Of a stretch of DNA of 64,000 nucleotides, positions 56,011-64,000 are shown in pieces. Each line of letters begins with the position of its first letter. Position 1 is the first letter of the stretch. The stretch covers positions 1-64,000 of the forward strand of contig JAIVFI010000017.1 of NCBI GenBank assembly GCA_025558095.1. The letters run 5' to 3'. This DNA is from Hyaloraphidium curvatum SAG 235-1 (taxonomy: Eukaryota > Fungi > Monoblepharomycota). The translations under genes and the position numbers were made by a program. The notes beneath the pieces were generated by a model. That model was given only the letters and a program-made list of their open reading frames with translations. It was not told where the DNA came from and ran no database searches.

Positions 56011-56999
56011 TCCTGCCCCCGCTTGAAGTGCCGCCTCATGACCGGGTGCGACCCGGAAACGATGATGGTCTCGCCGTTGATGCTGTCGTCCTCGATCACC
56101 TTCATGAAGGTGTCCCTGGCGGCAGGTTCAGAAGGCGCTCGGTCATGCCCGCCCGCTCGGTACCCACACGACCTTCTCCAGCGGAGTCCACCCTCCCGCT
56201 GCCTTGATGTCCCTCCCGAACGCCGGGTCCGCTTCGACGTGCTGCGGAGTAGTCCACCGCCCGCCGCTGTTGTTCTTCCAGATGTCGGTGAAAGTGAACC
56301 CGACCGCGATGGTGTTGGCGCGGCAAACGCCCATACGCGCGTACGGGGAGCCGGTGAGCGTGCCCATTTCGGCAATCGTCGCAACCTGCGCGCTCATGGC
56401 GGCCTTGGTGATAACGTAGGTGGGGTCGGTGTGGGCAAGGAACTCGGAGACGGAACCGGTGTTGAGGATCAGGCCCGGGCGCTTGTTGCGGACCCAGTGG
56501 GTCAGGGCGATACGGGAGGCGAGCAGGGTCTGCGGGGAGATCAGCGACTGGCCGTCCGCGAAAGGCCCGGGTGACGGACCGAAGTCAGGTTGACGTTGAC
56601 CGTGTCCATCCAGGTGTCCTGGTCCTTCATGACGTCCGCGAGGTAGATGCCGCTGATTCCTGCGTTGTTCACGAGCACCCCATAGTCGCCGAACTTGTCC
56701 ATGGTCGCCTTGAAGAGGGCCCGAACCTCGTCCATCTTCCCCACCTGCGGCAACCCGCGTTACGCCTCCCTCGCGCAATACTGGGCAAACGCGGGCACAC
56801 TGACATCCGTCTTGACAAAGATGTAGTCTCCCTTCCGTCCGTATTGGTCCTCGAGCTTCTTGACGAGGTCCTGACCCGGCCCGACCGACCGGCCCGCGAG
56901 GACGAGCTTCGCGCCCTTCGACGCGAGACGCTCCGCCAAGGCCGCCCCGATTCCCATCGTGGCGCCTGTGATGATGAATATCTCGCCGTCGACCCTCAT
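55959..56999 (-). CDS. Short-chain dehydrogenase/reductase; 3 introns
   Basis: IITGATMGIG, LVNNAG, NTGS, YVITK. Confidence 0.92.
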
Positions 57000-57149
57000 G
57001 TCGAGCAGTTCGAGGAGGAAAACGTGGGACGGGAGACAGAACAATAAGTGTTCACTTTGGCGGCGGCGGTGTCGGCGGCCAAGTCAAGCCGCTCGCGTCG
57101 AATCGGCTTTTCTCACGAACCATTCACCCATCTGTCTGCCGCCGCGACA

Positions 57150-58927
57150 ATGGGAAACGTCTTTTCTTCTCAGGACCACCGTCGCGGTGGTGCCGACGAG
57201 GACCGCGGTCGCGCGGAGGCGCCGTCGCCTGCGCGACCAGACGCCCCGCAGGGAGCGCGCGGCGCGGAACCGGCGGCTCCTCTTCCGCGGCCGCAAAAGC
57301 AGGCGAAACTGGATCATTTCCTTGTCTACGAGCCGCGAAGGGCACCAGTGGAGGGGCCGGCGGGCTCTCTGCCTCCGGTTGCGGCTCGGGTCGGCAAGGA
57401 GGAGGACGTGGCGGTCGCCGAGCCCGTCCGCCTCCCGCCGGAGCTCCTCCATATCATTTTCGAGTGCGTCTCACTGCGAAAGATCTCACTGTGTCAATGA
57501 CGAAGACCGCCAGGTTCGCGCTGCCAAGGTGCTTGAAAAGCCTGGTGCCCGTCTGCCGCGCGGAATGCAAGTGCCACAAGTGCGACTGCTCCACCAAGTG
57601 CGCTGCCGCGCGGAAGCTGGCGATCAAGCTCTCCAAAGTCAACCGGTTCTTCCGCCGCGCCGTGGCTCCCAGGATCTACCAATGCGTTTCCTTGGCTCCC
57701 CCGCCGCCGACGCCGTACACGTACACGCCGACTCCGACAGGCGCTTCCGCCAAGATCGATAGGCTCCACCGGACTCTGGACCACTTTGGTGCCGCTCGGC
57801 TCGTGCGGAGCATCAGCTTCGAGCTCCGGCCCGCAGATCGCCAGCTAGGGCTGCCCAAGGCCGTGGAGATCGTGCGCGCCGCCACGCACCTGCGGTCGCT
57901 CGCCGTCTCGAGCTTCTTCTACGCTCACATCCCCGGCGACGGCATCCTCGAAGCCGCGAGGAGATGCAAGCACCTGCGGAGCCTCTCGTTGGAGGGCGTG
58001 AGCTTTTCGCAGGTGGCCCTGAGCCAGACGATCGAGGCGGCCGAAGAGCTCAAATCGCTCAGGTTCGCGGGCCTCGTCCCGTCCGGTCTCTTCACGGCGC
58101 TGGCGGATTCGGCTCCCAGCGGGCTGCTGGCGCTCTCGCTGGGCCCCTGGAGGAGCGCGGACGACGAGATGGAGGCGGACGTCGTCGCCTTCCTCGAGGA
58201 CGATCTTTTCAGCCTCATCACCTGGCGCATCAAGAGCCTGGCACGCCTCCAGATCCGTAACGCCGCACTGTTGAGCAACCAGGCCGTCGGCGCCGCGTTG
58301 GAGCGGTTCTCGGACCTGAAGTTCCTGGACCTCAGCTTCTGCCAGGGGGTCTCGAACGCGGCGCTGTCGAGGTTCACGGGGACGGGGCTCAAAGTGCTCC
58401 GCCTGGACGGGGTGCACCAGGTGACGGACGCGGGGTTGGTGCCGCTTCTGGACAGGAATCCGGGGTTGGTGGAGATCGATCTGTGCCAGACGGCGATCGG
58501 GGTGAGAAAGCAAGTTCCCGCTCTCATGCTGGTCCTCGGCCTAACCCGGAGCCCAAAACAGGCCGCGACACTCAAGAAGATTGGCGAAAAGTGCCACTCG
58601 TTGGTCGACCTGAACCTCTCGAGGACCAGCCTCTCGTCGGCCGCCCTCATCGAGTACCTCAAGGCCCCCCCGGCCCGGCTCAAGGTGCTCCGCCTCGCAC
58701 TCATCGGCGGCGTTAACGACGCGGTCGTGCGGCTCATCGCCAAGAAGCTCCCCAAGATCACCAAGCTGTCGCTGCTGGGCTGCAACGGGCTGCGGGACCC
58801 GGCCGAGAACCTGCTGCTGCTGGCTTACGCCCGGCGGAAAACGCTCGTCCAGATCGACATCGACGGCGTGAATGTGATCGACGACGACCTCGCTTTCGCT
58901 CTCGAAAGGATCCTCGAGCGCAGTTGA
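57150..58927 (+). CDS. F-box/LRR protein with an N-myristoylation-type start
   Basis: MGNVFS; RLPPELLHIIFE (intron 57464-57513); LRRs LKFLDLSFCQGVSN, LKVLRLDGVHQVTD, LVDLNLSRT. Confidence 0.88.
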
Positions 58928-59033
58928 GCATTGGAGCGATGGACGGGATCCGATTCCGCGCGGCAAAGCCGGAACACATGAACGAACAAAGACGGAGATG
59001 GGGGCCGAAACCCCGTGCTTGCTTGTTCTCGCA

Positions 59034-59756
59034 TCAATAGATCCACGGCACCATCCTCCACCTCCCCGCGGCGTGCGCGTCCCACTTCTCCGGCCCAAAG
59101 TGGTCCCTCAGCGTCCTCTCCTCGACCTCGATCCGCCTACTGGTGAAGTAGACCGCCGCAGCCAGCTGCAATCCCAGGTATAGCGGCCCCCGCTCGGCCA
59201 GCACCCCCGCGATCCGTTCCGCCAATACACGGGGATCACCCCGCGCCAGACCGAGCCGGATGGCCCATTCCGCAACGAGTCGCACCCAGCCCGTCCACAC
59301 CGTGCCCAGGAAGTAGGTCGAGCCCCCCAGCGCGGCGAGCCACAGCCCCGTATAAGAAGGGTGGAGAAGTAGGGCGTACGGGCCCGTGGACACGATCGTG
59401 TGACCTTCGCGGATGCCGACCTGATAGGTGAACAGCCGACCGAGCTCGGTTTTTGCCCAGAGCCGGAGAAGGCAGCCAGCGAGGCAGGCGGTGAAGGATG
59501 CAAAGACGAGGGAACGCGGCGGGGGCGGGCAGCGCGCCTTGGCCTCCACGTACAGGGCGAACACCCATATGGCGACGAGAAAATTCAAGGCAGGGAGCAG
59601 GGGGTGCAGGCCACGAAAGCCGAACACGAATCCGGCGTCGTGGACGACGCGGTCCCCTTCCGACGCGTCCAGCTGGTGCGGCGGCGTGGCGGAGCGCGAC
59701 AGGAGCAGCGCGAGCACGAGCGACGGAAGCTCCGACGCGTAACGCCGGAAATCCAT
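59034..59756 (-). CDS. Isoprenylcysteine carboxyl methyltransferase (ICMT/Ste14-like) family membrane protein
   Basis: LGRLFT..HTIVSTGPYALLLHPSYTG..RIEVEERTL..FG..W..RMVPWIY; multiple TM segments. Confidence 0.85.
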   Translation of the reverse strand: MDFRRYASELPSLVLALLLSRSATPPHQLDASEGDRVVHDAGFVFGFRGLHPLLPALNFLVAIWVFALYVEAKARCPPPPRSLVFASFTACLAGCLLRLWAKTELGRLFTYQVGIREGHTIVSTGPYALLLHPSYTGLWLAALGGSTYFLGTVWTGWVRLVAEWAIRLGLARGDPRVLAERIAGVLAERGPLYLGLQLAAAVYFTSRRIEVEERTLRDHFGPEKWDAHAAGRWRMVPWIY

Positions 59757-59856
59757 CGCGGGGGCCGGGGACAGCCGCGCCGGAAGAAACAGGGTCGAAC
59801 AGCTTGGACTTGTCCGACCGACGCGTCCGTTTGTTTATTGCGTGAGGTGTCCACAC

Positions 59857-62109
59857 ATGACCTCGCTCCTGGGGGCCCGACGCGGCCTGCTCCGCCCTCC
59901 TAGGCCCACATCTGTGTCCATTCTTGCCGGTCAGGTACCGTTTGCGGCGTTCTGGGACGGAAACAGCGTTGCAGCCTGCCTCCATGCTCCTCCAATTGCC
60001 ACGGCGGGGTTGGGCCCCACGGTGCGCCCTGGGAGGCCCAATGGCGGCCGCGGGGCGCGGTACTTCTCATCTCCTGCTCTTCCACCGGCCAACGGATTGG
60101 ACAATCTCCGCAGAGTGTTCGAACGCGCCCGCGGGAAGCGGATACCTCTCGCCCAGGCCGAGGACGCGGTCTGGGACGCCTACGCCGCACTCGGATCGAC
60201 CAAGGGCCTGACCGGGGAGGACGTGCGGGATGTAGCCCATTTCATCACAGCACACGCGATAGCGGAGCAGGCGAAGCTGCGGGCAGGTCCGGAAGGACGG
60301 ACCGAGGCCCAACGCCGGACCGCGAAGCTCGTCGACAAGGCGAACGTCAGGACGCGCCGTCTCCTTCTCGATGCGGCGCAAAAAGGTGGCATTGCGATCG
60401 ATGAGAAGGCTGTTACTTGGTTCATCCAGGTGAATGACCGACTTCTGGTGTGAGTGCCCCCTTGCCCGTTGGCCCCCGTTCCGTGTGGCCGCTGACCTCG
60501 ATCCATTGTCGGGAGCTCCTATGCGGCGTGCAAAGAACTGATGGACTTCCTGCGGCTGGAGTGCGGGCTAACTCTGACCGCGCGGCACCTCAACACCCTG
60601 GTCCGCAACGTGGCGCACAGGGGCAACTATACCGCGTTCCTGAAGCTCCTCCACGAGATCTTGACAGCAAACTTCATTCCGGTCATGGACGGCTACATCG
60701 TCAACTTGTTCCTGAAGGCCGTTGCCGAGGCCTCGCCGGCCGCGTCGGAAGACCTGGAAGGCTATGCTCGCCGGCAGACCATTGTCGCAGACCTTGCTGT
60801 TCCCATGTGGGCTTTGGACAAGGGGGACCCAGCGGTTCGGTCCCGTTCAGTACAACGGGATGCCTTGGACCCGCTGGAAGTGGAGCCGGACCCGGGAGCT
60901 GCACTGCGCGACGCCATCCTGAGCGGTCCAGACGTGAGAATCATGGACCTGTGCGCCCCGGGCATGCCACAGGGCTCGGTGACGCCGGTGCGCAAGGTTC
61001 TCCAGCTCCTGGCCTTTGCCGCGGCCCGCCATCGGGAGGGGCAGCGAGACATCGTGGACGCTTACACTTGTACCGTTGCGGCCGGGGCTGCCAACGCCTG
61101 GAACCACCGACGGCTTGCCCGCGCCGTGCTCGAGGTCCTTTCGGGGGAACCTTTCAGAGTGTCTCCCAATGCCACGCTCTTCAGCATCCTCCTCGCGGAA
61201 GCTTCCGACGGGCGGGACTCTCAAGCCGGCGAAAGGCTGCTCGCGCAGATGCGGCGCCTGCACGTGGAACCCGACAAGAAGCTGTTCACCGCCATGATCC
61301 ACTTCTATGCGCGTACTGGGAGGCTCGCTCTGGCCCGCGACACCCTCAAGGAGATGTTGGCCGCGGGACACAAACCGGACGGGGTGACGGGGATGGCCCT
61401 GCTGGAGGGCATCCTCACTGCGGAGACCACGGTGGGGGACGTGAAGCGGGCGATGGAACTGCTGTCGGAAGGGGGAATCCCGGTCACGATCATCCACTGG
61501 AGCAAGGCATTGCACTACTTCGCCGCCCGGAGGGACCTTCAAAGCATGGAACGTATCTGGAACGACATGCCCGTCGCGCCGAACGAAATAGCCGTCGCCA
61601 CCTGTGCAAACGCCTACGAGAAGTTCGGCAGCGCGGACCAGCTCCTTGCCTTCCTTGGCGGCACGCCGAGGCAGTTGCTTTCGACGTCGGAGACGTGGAG
61701 CGCCGCGATCCGCGCGTTCGCCCGGCGGGGGACCGTCTCTCGGGACGAGGAGTTTGCCCACCTGGCCTTTGTCCTCTGCTGCGCCGTCCTCGATCGGGTC
61801 CCGATCGACGCCGCCGCCCTGCCGCCCGGGAAGCGGGACCTGCCGCTGGCGGGGATCCCGCCGCCGCTGCCGCTGCCGGGGCTGCTCCTGGTAATCTTCG
61901 ACGGCATGCGGACGAGGTTGGGGGGCGACCGCCTACGCATCCTCGAGGACAAGGGCCGAGCCTACCTCGCCGGCGAAGGCTACTCCGGAACTGAAGGCAT
62001 GGGGGCCGAGGAGATGTACAGGATGCTGGGTCGGTCTGGAGGCGTGCGCCTGCGGTCCAGGAACGTCAACCGGGCCGGCGGGGTGGTCCGGGGTGGGTCG
62101 GAGAAGTGA
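59857..62109 (+). CDS. PPR protein copy 5, full length, putatively mitochondrial
   Basis: MTSLLGARRGLLRP.. presequence-like start; family intron at about 60450-60515; full PPR tract. Confidence 0.88.
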
Positions 62110-62167
62110 AGCGCAGCTTGGCGGTCAGCGGGCGGACGATGCCGTGATGCCGCAGATTAGATTACCC

Positions 62168-63358
62168 CTAGCCTCCCCTCACGTCCGTTCCGACCACGCT
62201 CCGCCGCGCCCCGGCCCCGTCCGCCGCCCCGCCCTCCGCCCCGTGTCCAGCGCACCTCTGCAGGAACTCCCCCACCGCCTTGGCGTACGCGAACCTGTTC
62301 TTGCCCCTGTAGTGCGCGACGTGCCCCGACCCCTCGAACTCGAGCGCGCGCGCGCGGGCGCCCAGCCCGCGCAGGTGGTCCCTGTACTCGACCACCGACT
62401 CGGCAGGCACGAGCTTGTCGCCCTTGCCGTAGAGCATGAGGAATTCGGCCCGCGGGAAGAGCGACGGGAGGCGGTCCAGCGCTGGGAAGAGGAGGCCGTC
62501 CATCCCGGCGACCACGGACGGGCGCCGCATCCAAAAGGCAAAGAAGCGCTCGAAGAGGTCCCACCACGTGGAGCCTGCGATGCCGAAGCGGCGCACCGAG
62601 GGGGTGATGTCCGGGGCGCCGGTGAAGACGATGGCGGCGGCCTTCGCGATCACGCGGGGGGTCAGGGCCGACGGGGCCGAGTCGACGATGATGCCGGCAA
62701 TGCAATCGCGGAGGGCGGCCAAATCCGGCGGCGGGCTGCCGTTTCCGGAGGGCAGGATTCTGTCGAGGGCAATCTCCGTCGCCCGCCCCGTGTAGAGGAA
62801 CTCTTTCTCGGGCGCCAGCCCCGGCGGTGGGCTCGACCGCAGCCGCATCAGTGCACCCAGGCATGCGGCATTGTAGGCGCCGTTGTTGCTCATCGCGTGC
62901 ACCACGATCCTGAGCGGGCCTTGCCGCGATTTTCGGAAGACGTCCAGCGCCTCCAGCATGCGCCAGTTCTTGCGCACGGTCGAGCGCGGCAGGAAGGTGT
63001 GGCGCATGGGCGGCAGGTGCACCAGCGTGTCGTAGCCGAGGTCCGCGTAGAGGTCGCGGTAGTGCTTCAGGTTGCCCGGCGACGCGCCCCACCACCCGAG
63101 GAGCAGCACCAGCGGGCGCGTGACCTCCCCGCCGTCCAGCGTCGCGGTGTTTGTGCCCGGCGTCCCATTGTTTGCGATTGGCGTCTCCCTTTTGGGATGG
63201 AAGGACAGCTGCTGCACCAGCTGTGGGTCGAGCCGCCAGTGGTGCGGATCGTCGCTCTTGGCGTCGCCCGGGTTGAACACGAGGCCCCTCGCCAGGCCGC
63301 GCGCGGAAAACTCGCTTACGACGCGCATCGCGCGGTGGACGGGCGCCGTCGCGCGCAT
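62168..63358 (-). CDS. DUF829/TMEM53-like alpha/beta-hydrolase
   Basis: PLVLLLGWWGA..LKHY..LY, IVVHAMSNNG, GIIVDSAP, LMLYGKGDKLVP, FEGSGHVAHYR. Confidence 0.85.
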   Translation of the reverse strand: MRATAPVHRAMRVVSEFSARGLARGLVFNPGDAKSDDPHHWRLDPQLVQQLSFHPKRETPIANNGTPGTNTATLDGGEVTRPLVLLLGWWGASPGNLKHYRDLYADLGYDTLVHLPPMRHTFLPRSTVRKNWRMLEALDVFRKSRQGPLRIVVHAMSNNGAYNAACLGALMRLRSSPPPGLAPEKEFLYTGRATEIALDRILPSGNGSPPPDLAALRDCIAGIIVDSAPSALTPRVIAKAAAIVFTGAPDITPSVRRFGIAGSTWWDLFERFFAFWMRRPSVVAGMDGLLFPALDRLPSLFPRAEFLMLYGKGDKLVPAESVVEYRDHLRGLGARARALEFEGSGHVAHYRGKNRFAYAKAVGEFLQRCAGHGAEGGAADGAGARRSVVGTDVRGG

Positions 63359-63447
63359 TTCGCCGGGGCGCGTCGACGTTTCGGTGTGGGCGGTGATCGA
63401 CGCCAGCCAAGGATGGGCCAAGGACCAGCTCGGACAAAGCAGGAGAC

Positions 63448-64000
63448 TCAAGCAACTACACCCGCAAAAGCTAGCAAAACCGCCCCGACCAGCCCCCATC
63501 CGACTTTTAACACCCTCCCCGAGCTCGGCCTGGCGGTGCTGCTCGCCACCGTCGCCGTCTGCGTCGCCGACGTCGCAGTGCTCGTCGCCGCGCCCGTCGG
63601 GATGCCCCCGGCAACGCTGAACACCCCACGCGGGTCGAACGAGCGCTTGATCGCCGCCAGTCGCGCCAGGGTGTCGCCGCCGGGGGTCGCGGTCGGGTCG
63701 TCGTAGTACACCGTTGGGTCGGCGCGGGCAGAGTCGATGTCGATGTAGTTCTGCGCGGACGGGGCGGCGCACATCAAGCCTTGCGCTGCAACCATCAGCG
63801 TGTGCACGAGCTTACGATGTACTGGTAACCCGTCGCGTTCCTGACCGGCCTTGTAGCGCCTAGCGGGTAAGCCTCGGGCCTCGTGGCCTCCGCCAGAGCC
63901 CTCTCCATCTCGCGCATGAACGGCACCACCTTCTCCTGCAGCTCGTTCCCGTCCTTGGCCTCCCCGTAGTACTGCATCACAAACCCCGCGCCGCGCCACG
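63448..64000 (-). CDS. C-terminus of a BBE-like FAD-linked oxidase with a GPI-anchor-type tail (partial)
   Basis: GYQ-intron-NYID..YY..TLARLAAIKRSFDPRGVF, then S/T-rich stretch, SSG and a hydrophobic terminus. Confidence 0.85.
   Translation of the reverse strand, partial: VARRGVCDAVLRGGQGRERAAGEGGAVHARDGEGSGGGHEARGLPARRYKAGQERDGLPVHRKLVHTLMVAAQGLMCAAPSAQNYIDIDSARADPTVYYDDPTATPGGDTLARLAAIKRSFDPRGVFSVAGGIPTGAATSTATSATQTATVASSTARPSSGRVLKVGWGLVGAVLLAFAGVVA

Noticed and set aside
36135-62109. PPR proteins as DYW-type RNA editing factors
   Set aside because: No HxE..CxxC deaminase motif or E/DYW tail in any copy.

Overview
This is a GC-rich (roughly 70% by eye), gene-dense eukaryotic nuclear window. 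Introns are mostly 45-70 nt with GT[GA][CGA]G donors, CTGAC/CTAAC branch points and YAG acceptors. The gene content and intron style suggest an early-diverging, chytrid-like fungus (inference only). About 30 protein-coding genes can be built by hand-splicing. I saw no rRNA, tRNA, CRISPR array or transposase. Highlights: (1) A five-member family of probably mitochondrion-targeted PPR genes in birth-and-death evolution, with an inverted duplication, microhomology deletions, a pseudogene and a 3' remnant. The closest paralogues differ at RNA-specificity positions, as plant Restorer-of-fertility-like genes do. (2) A type I membrane protein with a zona-pellucida-like layout (furin site, hydrophobic patch, TM). 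(3) Three tandem GCN4/CPC1-like bZIP genes, two with an out-of-frame overlapping uORF. (4) A riboflavin-synthase-fold protein lacking catalytic residues. (5) Several bacterial-looking secreted proteins that carry spliceosomal introns. All homology calls are from motif recognition, not database searches, and exon boundaries are manual predictions.
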